From Candidatus Multivoradales bacterium (GTDB lineage Bacteria > Acidobacteriota > Thermoanaerobaculia > Multivoradales > JAHEKO01): 64,000 nt of DNA. Shown here one piece after another: positions 18,510 to 27,663 of the stretch. The notes under the pieces were generated by a model, which was not told where the DNA came from, ran no database searches, and was given only the letters and a program-made list of their open reading frames with translations. The first letter of the stretch is position 1. The number at the start of each line of letters is the position of its first letter. The translations under genes were made by a program, and so were the position numbers. Location of the stretch: contig CBDCYF010000005.1 of NCBI GenBank assembly GCA_965224065.1, forward strand, positions 2,006,695 to 2,070,694, written 5' to 3'.

Positions 18510-20012
18510 ATGGAAGAACTCTTCGCCCAGGCGACGCTCGTGACGTACTACCTGATTCTCGGGATGCTGGCTCTTTTTGGTGGCCACCGGCTCCAGCTAC
18601 TGCGTCTCTACTATCGCACACGGCACGTCGAACCACCCGAGCCCCGGACACCCGAGGAGTGGCCCGACGTCACGGTCCAGCTCCCGCTGTTCAACGAGAT
18701 GTACGTAGCCGACCGGTTGATCCGTTCGGTCTGTGCGCTCGACTACCCGCGCGAGCGTCTGCACGTCCAGGTTCTGGACGATTCCACCGACGAGACCCGC
18801 AAAATCGTCGCGGCGACGGTCGAGGAGTATCGCAACCGCGGGTTCTCGATCGAGCATCTGCACCGCACCGACCGCACCGGTTTCAAGGCCGGGGCGCTGG
18901 AGGCCGGGCTGGCGACTGCCCGTGGCGATCTGATCACCATCTTTGACGCCGATTTTGTGCCGATCCCCGAGTACCTCAAGCGCATCGTTCCCTATTTCAC
19001 CGACCTCGCCACCGGCGAGGAGCTCGGCATGGTGCAGGCGTGCTGGGACCACATCAACCGCGACTACTCTCTGTTGACACGCATCCAGGCGGTCTTTCTC
19101 GACGGCCATTTTCTGATCGAGCACGCGGCGCGCAATCGCTCCGGCCGTTTTTTCAACTTCAACGGCACCGCTGGGATGTGGCGCCGGCAGGCGATCGAGG
19201 ACGCCGGCGGCTGGCAGCACGACACGCTGACCGAGGATCTCGACCTCTCCTACCGGGCCCAGCTCGCCGGCTGGAAGTTCCTGTTCCTCCCCCACCTCAA
19301 AGTGCCCGCAGAGCTGCCGGTCGAGGTCAATGCGTTCAAGCGGCAGCAATTCCGCTGGGCCAAGGGATCGATCCAGACCGGGCGCAAACTGCTGTCCCGG
19401 ATCTTGCGCGCCCGCCTGCCGTGGAAGGTCAAGCTCGAGGCGCTGATTCACCTGACCAACAACGCCAGCTACTTGCTGATGGTGGGGCTGTCGCTTCTGA
19501 TCTTCCCGGCGATGACCGTCCGCCGCGGCAGCGAGGCGTGGAGCCTGTTGACTATCGACTTGCCTCTCTTTTTGTGCGCCACCGTGTCGGTCCTGCTTTT
19601 CTATCTCGCCAGCCAGCTCGCGGCCGGGCGTGGGCTCGGGCGCGGGCTCAAACACTTGGCCCCGCTCATGGGCCTGGGCATCGGCCTGGCGATCAACAAC
19701 TCCCGTGCGGTGATCCAGGGACTGGGCAGAGACGTGGGCGTTTTCGAGCGCACGCCAAAGTACAAGATCGAGCACAGCGGCGACGGCTGGTTTGGCAAGA
19801 AGTACCGCGTGGGCGCCGACCTGTCGACGGTGCTCGAAGGCATCCTCGCCGCCTGGTTTGTGTGCGCGTTTGTGCTGGCGTTCAAGATGGGGATGTGGAT
19901 GTCGCTGCCGTTTCTCTATCTGTTCCTGCAAGGCTTCTGCTACATGTACTTGCTGTCGATGTTCTCCACCGGCCGCGGCCGCTGGCGTCCCACCGAGCCG
20001 GCACCGGGCTAG
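18510..20012 (+). CDS. Family-2 glycosyltransferase, processive beta-glycan synthase type (cellulose-synthase-like)
   Basis: It shows two N-terminal TM segments, a GT2 catalytic domain and C-terminal TM segments. The catalytic-domain motifs are DDSTDET, DAD (FDADF), TED (LTEDLD) and the QxxRW motif FKRQQFRWAKG. Confidence 0.8.
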   Translation: MEELFAQATLVTYYLILGMLALFGGHRLQLLRLYYRTRHVEPPEPRTPEEWPDVTVQLPLFNEMYVADRLIRSVCALDYPRERLHVQVLDDSTDETRKIVAATVEEYRNRGFSIEHLHRTDRTGFKAGALEAGLATARGDLITIFDADFVPIPEYLKRIVPYFTDLATGEELGMVQACWDHINRDYSLLTRIQAVFLDGHFLIEHAARNRSGRFFNFNGTAGMWRRQAIEDAGGWQHDTLTEDLDLSYRAQLAGWKFLFLPHLKVPAELPVEVNAFKRQQFRWAKGSIQTGRKLLSRILRARLPWKVKLEALIHLTNNASYLLMVGLSLLIFPAMTVRRGSEAWSLLTIDLPLFLCATVSVLLFYLASQLAAGRGLGRGLKHLAPLMGLGIGLAINNSRAVIQGLGRDVGVFERTPKYKIEHSGDGWFGKKYRVGADLSTVLEGILAAWFVCAFVLAFKMGMWMSLPFLYLFLQGFCYMYLLSMFSTGRGRWRPTEPAPG

Positions 20013-20116
20013 AAAACCACAACAACGATACGGGCGCCTCGGGGTCGCCCTTCGCTCCAGCTCAAGCAGCATCCGCTCCGGGCGACCCACTCGGCGCCGT
20101 ATGTCGCGACACCCGT

Positions 20117-20196
20117 CTGAAGCGGCCGCCGTCTCTGGCGGCCGATCATCGGTGTTGGAGCGACCAACGGCTGGCAGAGACGCCAGCCGCTTCAGG
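20117..20196. repeat. Pair of REP-like palindromic elements in inverted orientation (TGAAGCGGCCGCCGTCTCTGGCGGCCG and GGCTGGCAGAGACGCCAGCCGCTTCAGG)
   Basis: Each forms a 7-8-bp GC stem around a GTCTCT/AGAGAC loop. The two differ by compensatory stem changes (CCGCC/GGCGG versus CTGGC/GCCAG). The 28-mer recurs identically at 53827-53854. Confidence 0.8.
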
Positions 20197-20553
20197 CCTC
20201 GATTGATGCGGGCGATTCGCCGCCCTCGGCTCGGACAGAGTCCACCGACCCATACCAGCAGAGTCGCGAGCTGCATGATCGCCAAGTCGGGAGCGCCCAG
20301 CCCCAAGCGTAGTGAATAACCTATGTCGGTTGGCGATCAGCGCCGCCTGGTAAACGCCGCGGCTGGAACGCTGGGAGCCCGTGCGCAAGCAAAAATCGTC
20401 GAAGGACTCACACGGTCCGCACGGGCGGACAACGAGGCGCGAGCCCACGTTCGGAGTTTGCAAAGCGAGCGCCGTTTCCAGCCGGGCGTTTCACCGGGCG
20501 GCCGCTACCCAACCGAGTGGGGCGTTCATTACCCCTGGTAGAGTCCTCGACCG

Positions 20554-21111
20554 ATGCAACCCCAAGTCAAGCCCGCCGCGCGCACGGTCTCGGTGCGGCC
20601 GGTCCACCCCGGTGACTCGGTCCTGCTCGACCGCTGGCGCCGCGAGCCCGAGGTGCGCCGACACCAGCCACTCAACGACTCCACCGTCGCGCAGCTCTAC
20701 TCCGAGCTGTCCCACCAGCACGTTAATGACCTCTACCAGGGCCGGGGCGAGAAGTTCCAGTGGGTTGTCCTTGCCGACGGCCACCCCGCCGGGTGGATCA
20801 CCCTGGTGGTGACCAATTGGACCCACGGCCTGGCCGAGATCGGCTACGCGCTCTCGACGGCCTTCCAACGACAGGGCCTGATGCCCCAAGCGCTCCGCAT
20901 CATTCTGCGGGATCTGTTCACCCGGACCGGGCTGCGGCGCATCGAGGCCCGCTGCGCGATCCAGAACGAGGGCTCGTACAAGGTGCTCGAACGGCTCGGC
21001 TTTCACCGCGAGGGCCGGCTGCGCGACTACTTTGTTCTCGACGGTCAAACCGTCGACAACTACCTCTACGCGATCCTGCGGCGCGAATTCCTGCGGATCC
21101 AAAAACGGTGA
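20554..21111 (+). CDS. GNAT-family N-acetyltransferase (RimJ/RimL-like)
   Basis: The acetyl-CoA binding motif RQGLMPQALRIIL fits the Q/RxxGxG/A pattern, and the C-terminal LGFHREGRLRDYF is typical of RimL/RimJ-type GNATs. Confidence 0.75.
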   Translation: MQPQVKPAARTVSVRPVHPGDSVLLDRWRREPEVRRHQPLNDSTVAQLYSELSHQHVNDLYQGRGEKFQWVVLADGHPAGWITLVVTNWTHGLAEIGYALSTAFQRQGLMPQALRIILRDLFTRTGLRRIEARCAIQNEGSYKVLERLGFHREGRLRDYFVLDGQTVDNYLYAILRREFLRIQKR

Positions 21112-21184
21112 CGGGCTTAATTTTGGAGGGATTTCTGGCGCGAGTTGACCCGCGCCAGCGTTTTCAAAATTAAGTACCTGTCAC

Positions 21185-23368
21185 CTAGAGATATTCCAGG
21201 CCCGCGTATTTGGCGATCAGTTTGCGCTTGCCGACGCGGTCGAAGTAGACCGTCAGCTTGGAGTTCTCGCCTTCTCCTTCGGTCGCCACGACGACGCCAT
21301 CGCCCAGCACCGGATGGCGCACCCGCCGGCCTCGCCCGGCTCCGGTTTTCGAGTCGCCGGCCCCGTCGGCAAAGGGAGCCGCGGAGCGAGAACGGCCAAA
21401 AAAAGAGCGTACGCCGGCGCTTCGTGAGTCGGCAAAGAGCTCCGGGCTGTTGGTGATCTCCAGACCGTCGGCCGGAATCTCGTCGAGAAACTGCGACGGC
21501 TCCTGATCCTGGTACCGACCGGCGATCCGGCGCCGGCGGCAGGTGGTCAGAAAGAGCTTTTTTTCGGCCCGGGTCATCCCGACGTAGAGCAGGCGGCGCT
21601 CTTCCTCGAGTCCGTCCGGAGCGCCCTGAGAGTTGAAGTGCGGCAACAGACCGTCTTCGAGCCCGGCGACGGCCACCACCGGGAACTCGAGCCCCTTGGC
21701 GGTGTGGAGCGTCATTAACGATACCCCGCGCTCCTGCTGCCACTGGTCGATGTCGGCCACCAGGGAAGCGTGGTCGAGAAATGCAGTCAGGACGTCCTCT
21801 TCACTCCGTCCCGAGCGCTCCTCGGTGAACTCCTGGGCGGCGGTCAGGAACTCGCGAATGTTCTCCAGCTTGGCCTGCGACTCGGCGTCGTCCTTCTGAT
21901 ACTGCTCGGCATAGTTGGTGCGCTCGAGCAGGCGATCGAGCAGCGCCGGCAGCGGCAGATCGGCCATCGCCTCTTGCAGCTCCAGGATCAGGTCGCGGAA
22001 ACGCACCAGGGCCTGGCCGCCGCGGCGCGGGTAGGCGCTGGGCTCGATATGGAGAAGCCCATCCCACAACGGCTGTTTCTGGGACTCGACCTTCTCCGCC
22101 AGCAATCCGCGAGTCGCCTTGCCGATCCCCCGCGGCGGGCGGTTGAGGATCCGGCCGAGCGAGTAGTCGTCGCGAGGATTCCGCAGGACCCTCAGATAGG
22201 CGACCAGGTCCTTGATCTCGGCGCGCTCGTAAAACCTCATCCCCCCGACCAGCACATAGGGGACCTTCTCTTGCAGCAGGCGCTCTTCCAGAGCGCGGGT
22301 CTGCGCGTTGGTGCGCACCAGCACGGCCATGTCGCTCCAGGAGAACTCGGTGTGGAGCTGCTTCATCGTGTTGACGATCCAGCGCGCCTCGTCGAGCTCG
22401 TCGCGGGCGCGAAATAGCTCGACCGGCTCGCCGGCGCCGGCGTCGGTCCAAAGCCGTTTGCCCCGCCGTCTCTGGTTGTGGGCCACCAGCCCGTCGGCGG
22501 CCGTCAAGATGTTCTGGCTCGAGCGGTAGTTGCGCTCGAGCTTGCGGATCTCGGCACCCGGGAAGAAGGACTCGAACTCGAGCACGTTGTCGAGATCTGC
22601 GCCGCGCCAGCGGTAGATCCCCTGATCTTCGTCCCCCACCGCGGTCAGATTGCCGCCCGCTCCGGCAAGCGTCTGGATGAGCTTCATCTGCGCGTGGTTG
22701 GTGTCCTGAAACTCGTCCACCAGCAGGTAATGGATGCGCGCCCGCAAACGCTCGCGCAGGCTCTCCTCGTCGAGCAGCAACCGAACGGCGAGACGCAGCA
22801 TGTCGTCGAAATCGATGCCCATGCCGGCTTTGAGAAGCCCCTGGTAGCGACGGTAGACCAGCGCGATCTTCTGCTCGTAGAAGTTCGCCGCCTGGCGCTC
22901 GTAGGCCGCCGGCGCCAGCAGCAGGTTCTTGGCGGTCCCGATCGCCGCCAGCACCGCCCGCGGCGGGTACGAGGTCTCAGCCAGTCCTTCGGCGGTCAAC
23001 GCCTTTTTGACCAGCGAGATCTGATCTTCGCGATCGAAGATGACGAAATCCCGCGGCACCCCCACGCGATCGCCGTAGCGCCGCAACAGGTCGAGCGAGA
23101 ATCGATGAAAGGTCCCGACAAAGGTCGGCAGCGGATAGATTCCCACCAGCCGCTCGATGCGCTCGCGCATCTCGCCCGCCGCCTTGTTGGTGAACGTCAC
23201 TGCCACGATCGAGCCCGGGTCGATTCCCAGCTCGCGCACCAGGTAGGCGACCCGGTAGGTGATGACCCGGGTCTTACCCGACCCTGCGCCGGCCAGAACC
23301 AGTTGCGGCCCCTCGCCGTGGGTGACGGCGGCGAGCTGCTGCTCGTTGAGCTCCTGCTCGAGATTCAA
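21185..23368 (-). CDS. uvrD: ATP-dependent DNA helicase, UvrD/PcrA family
   Basis: Motif I is AGAGSGKT. Motif II DEFQDTN, motif III GDEDQGIYRWRGA, motif IV RNYRS and motif VI VGMTRA are all present; length 727 aa. Confidence 0.9.
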   Translation of the reverse strand: MNLEQELNEQQLAAVTHGEGPQLVLAGAGSGKTRVITYRVAYLVRELGIDPGSIVAVTFTNKAAGEMRERIERLVGIYPLPTFVGTFHRFSLDLLRRYGDRVGVPRDFVIFDREDQISLVKKALTAEGLAETSYPPRAVLAAIGTAKNLLLAPAAYERQAANFYEQKIALVYRRYQGLLKAGMGIDFDDMLRLAVRLLLDEESLRERLRARIHYLLVDEFQDTNHAQMKLIQTLAGAGGNLTAVGDEDQGIYRWRGADLDNVLEFESFFPGAEIRKLERNYRSSQNILTAADGLVAHNQRRRGKRLWTDAGAGEPVELFRARDELDEARWIVNTMKQLHTEFSWSDMAVLVRTNAQTRALEERLLQEKVPYVLVGGMRFYERAEIKDLVAYLRVLRNPRDDYSLGRILNRPPRGIGKATRGLLAEKVESQKQPLWDGLLHIEPSAYPRRGGQALVRFRDLILELQEAMADLPLPALLDRLLERTNYAEQYQKDDAESQAKLENIREFLTAAQEFTEERSGRSEEDVLTAFLDHASLVADIDQWQQERGVSLMTLHTAKGLEFPVVAVAGLEDGLLPHFNSQGAPDGLEEERRLLYVGMTRAEKKLFLTTCRRRRIAGRYQDQEPSQFLDEIPADGLEITNSPELFADSRSAGVRSFFGRSRSAAPFADGAGDSKTGAGRGRRVRHPVLGDGVVVATEGEGENSKLTVYFDRVGKRKLIAKYAGLEYL

Positions 23369-23369
23369 G

Positions 23370-25193
23370 CTACTCGACGGTCACGCTCTTGGCGAGATTG
23401 CGCGGTTGGTCGACATCGGCGCCTCGGCGCACGGCGACAAAATAGGCGAAAAGCTGAAGCGGCACGACGTTGACGACCGGCTGGAGAAGCTCCGAGACGC
23501 TCGGCACGGAGATGACATGGTCCGCGGCACCGCCGAGGGCCTCGGGATCGCGGTCGGTCACCGCCAGCACGACGCCGTCTCGGGCGCGCACCTCCTGCAT
23601 GTTGCTCACCACCTTGTCGAAGACCCTCTCCCCGGTGGCGATCGCGACCACCGGCATGGACTGGTCGATCAAGGCGATGGGGCCGTGCTTCATCTCACCG
23701 GCGGGATAGCCCTCGGCGTGGATGTAGGAGATCTCCTTGAGCTTGAGCGCTCCTTCTAAGGCGATGGGGTAATTGGCACCGCGCCCGATGTAGAGAAAAT
23801 CGCTCGCTTCGGCAAACCGGCCCGCCAGCGCCTCGAACTCGGCCTCCCGCATGACGACCTCGTCGATCGACTGGGGCAGGTGGGCCAGATCCGCGAGCAG
23901 CGACTCCTCCACCGGCCGGCCGAGCTGCTGTCTCAGATAGAGGGCCAACAGGTAGAGCGCGATCAACTGCGTCGTAAAGGCCTTGGTCGAGGCCACACCG
24001 ATCTCCGGGCCGGCGTGAGTGTAAATCACCCCTTCGGCCAGCCGGGTCGCCTGGCTTCCGACGACGTTGCAGATCGCCGCCAGCCGGGCTCCGCGCTCAC
24101 CGGCCGCCTCCATGGCCGAGATCGTGTCGGCAGTCTCTCCCGACTGCGAGATCCCCACCGCCAGATCGCCCCGCCGGACCAGCGGGTCCCGGTAGCGGTA
24201 CTCCGATCCGTAGTCCACCGCCACCGGAATCCTCGCCAGCTCCTCGAGCATGAACTTTCCGATCAGGGCCGCATGCCAGGAGGTTCCGCAGGCGAGCAAA
24301 TGGATCCGGCCGATGGCCGCGACATCCTCCTGGGAAAGCTCCAGACCGTCAAAACCGATCTCACCGCTCTCGAAGTCCACCCGGCCGCCAAAGGTGTCCT
24401 GCACCGCCTGCGCCTGGTCGTGAATCTCCTTGAGCATGAAGTGCTTGAAGCCGCCTTTTTCGGTCTGGATGGGGTCCCAGTCGAGTCGCACCGTGGGGCG
24501 CTCGACCGGCTTGCCGGAGCCGTTCCAGACCTCGAGGCCGTCGGCCGTCAGCCGGGCCACGTCCCCGTTCTCGAGAAAAATCACTTCGCGTGTGTGGGCG
24601 AGAACCGCGGTCGGGTCCGACGCCAGAAACTGCTCGTCAGTGCCCCGGCCGAGGACCAACGGTGGCCCACTGCGGGCCGCTACGATCTCCGGCTCCGACG
24701 ACTCGAGCGACAGCACCGCAAATGCGTACATACCCTCGAGATCGGCGACCGTCTTTTGCACCGCGTCCCGGAGATCGCCCTCGAAATGCGAGCTCACCAG
24801 GTTGGCGATGACCTCGGTGTCGGTGTCGGAGACAAACTCCCAGCCATCCTCGACCAGACGCTGTTTGAGGGGCAGAAAGTTCTCGATGATGCCGTTGTGG
24901 ATAAGCGCCAGCCGCTTCCGAGCGTCCAGGAGCGGGTGGGCGTTGCGCTGGGACGGGATGCCGTGGGTGGCCCAGCGGGTGTGGCCGAGTCCGTAGACGC
25001 CGGCCAGCTCGCGGCCTCCGAGCTCCTCGACCAGCCGATCCAGCTTGCCCTCGGCCTTGACGACTTCGAGGCTGCCGTTGACCGGCACCACGATCCCGGC
25101 CGAGTCATAGCCCCGGTACTCGAGCCGCCGGAGCCCGTCCAGAAGCAGCGGCACGGGCGACTTCTCCCCCAGATATCCCACGATGCCGCACAT
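23370..25193 (-). CDS. glmS: Glutamine--fructose-6-phosphate aminotransferase
   Basis: MCGIVGY carries the N-terminal nucleophile Cys, and two SIS domains are present. The C-terminus ends ...AKSVTVE, over 607 aa. Confidence 0.95.
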   Translation of the reverse strand: MCGIVGYLGEKSPVPLLLDGLRRLEYRGYDSAGIVVPVNGSLEVVKAEGKLDRLVEELGGRELAGVYGLGHTRWATHGIPSQRNAHPLLDARKRLALIHNGIIENFLPLKQRLVEDGWEFVSDTDTEVIANLVSSHFEGDLRDAVQKTVADLEGMYAFAVLSLESSEPEIVAARSGPPLVLGRGTDEQFLASDPTAVLAHTREVIFLENGDVARLTADGLEVWNGSGKPVERPTVRLDWDPIQTEKGGFKHFMLKEIHDQAQAVQDTFGGRVDFESGEIGFDGLELSQEDVAAIGRIHLLACGTSWHAALIGKFMLEELARIPVAVDYGSEYRYRDPLVRRGDLAVGISQSGETADTISAMEAAGERGARLAAICNVVGSQATRLAEGVIYTHAGPEIGVASTKAFTTQLIALYLLALYLRQQLGRPVEESLLADLAHLPQSIDEVVMREAEFEALAGRFAEASDFLYIGRGANYPIALEGALKLKEISYIHAEGYPAGEMKHGPIALIDQSMPVVAIATGERVFDKVVSNMQEVRARDGVVLAVTDRDPEALGGAADHVISVPSVSELLQPVVNVVPLQLFAYFVAVRRGADVDQPRNLAKSVTVE

Positions 25194-25196
25194 TGC

Positions 25197-26606
25197 CTAG
25201 CCCTTTTTCGCCTTTCTTTTCTTGCGCTCGGCCCACCCGTCGATCGTGCGCTGCCGCGCCCGCCCCACTCCCAGGCCGCCGTCGGGGACATCGGCCGTGA
25301 TCACCGAGCCCGCCGCGGTCACGGCCTCGTCGCCGAGGCGAACCGGCGCCACCAACATCGTATCGCTGCCGACAAACGCCCCGGAACCGATCTCGGTGCG
25401 GTGCTTGTTCTCACCGTCGTAGTTGCAGGTCACGGTGCCGGCGCCGATGTTGGCTCCGGGGCCGATCTGGGCGTCTCCCAGATAAGCCAGGTGCCCGGCC
25501 TTGACCCCGGCCTCGAGCCGTGAGTTTTTGACCTCGACGAAGTTTCCGATCTTGGACGCCGGTCCGATCACCGTTCCGGGTCGCAGCCGGGCAAACGGGC
25601 CCACCCGCGCCTCGGTCTCCACCTCGGCTCCGTCCAGGACCGAATGGGGCTCGAGGACGACCCCGTCCTCGATGACGCTGTCGCGCACCCACACCCCCGG
25701 GTGGAGCACGCAGCCCTCGCCGATGCGGGTCCGTCCGCAAAGCGTCACCCCCGCGTGAATCTCGGTGTCGGCTCCGACCTCGACCGAGGGCTCGATCCAG
25801 AGCCGGTCGGGATCCCAGACCGTCACCCCGGCGTCCTGAAGCTCCTGGGCCCGCCGGCGGGAGAAGGCTTCGCGGGCCCGCGTCAGGTCGGCCCTTCGAT
25901 TGACCCCGAGGGCCTCGGCGGTGTCCGCGAGCCGCTGGAGACGGATGCCGGCGCCGCCACGGGCCGCCGCGGTCAACGCGTCGGTCAGATACAGCTCGCC
26001 CTGGGCGTTGTCGGGACGCAGCCGCTCGAGCTCGGAGAAGATCTCCGGTACGGGCAGCACATAGGTCCCGGCGTTGACCGTCCGGATGGCGAGCTCCTCG
26101 GCGTCGGCGTCGGCGGCCTCGACGATCCGCTTCAAGGTCCCGTCGGGCCGTTCGATGACCCGGCCAAAGGAGCCCGGGTCTTCGAGATCGGCTACGGCCA
26201 TGGACCCCCAGCCCTCTGTGCCGGCGTCGATCAGCGACTCGAGGGTGGCCGGCGTGACCAGGGGCACGTCGCCGGACAGCACCAGCACACGGGACGGCCC
26301 CAGCCGCTCGACCGCCGGTCGAGCCTGCGCCAGCGCGTGACCGGTCCCGCGTTGTTCCTCCTGCACCACCCAGTCGACGCCGTCACCCGGCGTCGACTCC
26401 CGGACGCGATCGGCCTGGTGACCGATCACGCAGACGATGCGCCGGCATCCGCTCGCGCGGGCGGCCTCGAAGACCCACTCGAGGAGGGTGCGGCCTAAAA
26501 CGCGGTGCAGAACCTTGGGCGTCGAAGAGCGCATCCGGGTCCCCTGCCCGGCGGCCAGGACCACGGCGACCGGGCCGTTCCCGGCCTTTTCACCGCCCGG
26601 GCTCAC
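25197..26606 (-). CDS. glmU: Bifunctional UDP-GlcNAc pyrophosphorylase / GlcN-1-P acetyltransferase
   Basis: LAAGQGTRM is the uridylyltransferase motif, and the C-terminal left-handed beta-helix carries hexapeptide repeats. Confidence 0.95.
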   Translation of the reverse strand: MSPGGEKAGNGPVAVVLAAGQGTRMRSSTPKVLHRVLGRTLLEWVFEAARASGCRRIVCVIGHQADRVRESTPGDGVDWVVQEEQRGTGHALAQARPAVERLGPSRVLVLSGDVPLVTPATLESLIDAGTEGWGSMAVADLEDPGSFGRVIERPDGTLKRIVEAADADAEELAIRTVNAGTYVLPVPEIFSELERLRPDNAQGELYLTDALTAAARGGAGIRLQRLADTAEALGVNRRADLTRAREAFSRRRAQELQDAGVTVWDPDRLWIEPSVEVGADTEIHAGVTLCGRTRIGEGCVLHPGVWVRDSVIEDGVVLEPHSVLDGAEVETEARVGPFARLRPGTVIGPASKIGNFVEVKNSRLEAGVKAGHLAYLGDAQIGPGANIGAGTVTCNYDGENKHRTEIGSGAFVGSDTMLVAPVRLGDEAVTAAGSVITADVPDGGLGVGRARQRTIDGWAERKKRKAKKG

Positions 26607-27655
26607 GGATCACCGCCCCCGTGGTCATCTTCGTCGTCGTCGTCTTCTTTCTGGGCCTCGGCTCGCCCGTCCGTTTGGGCCCCGGTCCGGAGCGTCGCCG
26701 TGGCCATCGCGAGCACCGCGCGCCGCAGCTTGGCCGGGTCGTGCCGGATCAGCTCCCCCGACGCCAGCAGATCGGCCGAGGTCACCTCGACTCCCAGACG
26801 GCCCAGGGCCTCGGGATCGACGTGTACCGGCACCGAGCCGACGTCGGCATAGTGGGCCAGCAGACGATCCGGATACGCACCATGGTGCACCAGCACGGTG
26901 TCCACCAGATCGTCTCCGGTGTGCCGGCTCAGAGCTTCCAAATGGTCCACCGCGGTCATGTCTTCGGTCTCGCCGGGCTGGGTCATCAGGTTGAGTGGCA
27001 GGAGGACCCGCGCCTTGCTCGATCGGATCGCTTCGAGGATACCTGGGATCAGCAGATTGGGGAGAATCGAGGTATAGAGAGAGCCCGGCCCCAGGATCAC
27101 CAGATCGGCGTCCCGAACGGCCGAGGCCGCCCGCGGAAAGGCCGCGACCCGCGCCGGCTCGAGCTCCAACCGCTCGATCGGCTCCCCCGAGCCACCGACC
27201 TCCGATTCTCCGTCGTAGAACCGGCCGGATCGTCCCCACGCCTTGAGACGCACGTCGCTCAGAGTTGCGGGCAGGATCCGGCCCCGGACCGAGAGCAGCT
27301 CCTCGGCGGTCAGAATGGCCTGGTAGAAGTCGCCGGTGATGCCGGTGAGTGCCGTCAGAAAGAGATTGCCGAAGGAATGACCGGCCAGCCCCTCGCCGTC
27401 GGCAAACCGGTACTGAAAGAGCTTGGCGACGAGATCCTCGTCGCGGGCCAGAGCCACCAGACAGTTTCGAATGTCTCCAGGTGGCAGCACGCCGAAGTCT
27501 CGCCGCAGGCGGCCCGACGAGCCGCCGTCGTCACTCACGGTGACGATCGCCGTCAGCCCACCGAGCTGGCGTCCGAGAGTGGGTTTGAGCGTCCGCAGGA
27601 GCACGGACAGGCCGCTACCCCCGCCGACAGCGACGACGCGGGGCTTGCTGATCAA
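26603..27655 (-). CDS. yvcK: Gluconeogenesis factor / GlmR (YvcK, UPF0052/CofD-like)
   Basis: VVAVGGGSGLSVLLR and TAIVTVSDDGGSSGRLR are the YvcK/CofD family signatures. It overlaps glmU by 4 nt. Confidence 0.85.
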   Translation of the reverse strand: MISKPRVVAVGGGSGLSVLLRTLKPTLGRQLGGLTAIVTVSDDGGSSGRLRRDFGVLPPGDIRNCLVALARDEDLVAKLFQYRFADGEGLAGHSFGNLFLTALTGITGDFYQAILTAEELLSVRGRILPATLSDVRLKAWGRSGRFYDGESEVGGSGEPIERLELEPARVAAFPRAASAVRDADLVILGPGSLYTSILPNLLIPGILEAIRSSKARVLLPLNLMTQPGETEDMTAVDHLEALSRHTGDDLVDTVLVHHGAYPDRLLAHYADVGSVPVHVDPEALGRLGVEVTSADLLASGELIRHDPAKLRRAVLAMATATLRTGAQTDGRAEAQKEDDDDEDDHGGGDP

Positions 27656-27663
27656 GGCGGGGC

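Noticed and set aside
20146-20541. Short ORFs in the 540-bp GT2-GNAT intergenic region
   Set aside because: They overlap REP-like palindromes and have poor codon bias. The region is better explained as a repeat-containing intergenic spacer.
23880-25523. 547-aa plus-strand ORF antisense to glmS/glmU
   Set aside because: It lies antisense to two unambiguous, highly conserved genes, and its composition is Arg/Gly/Pro-rich noise.
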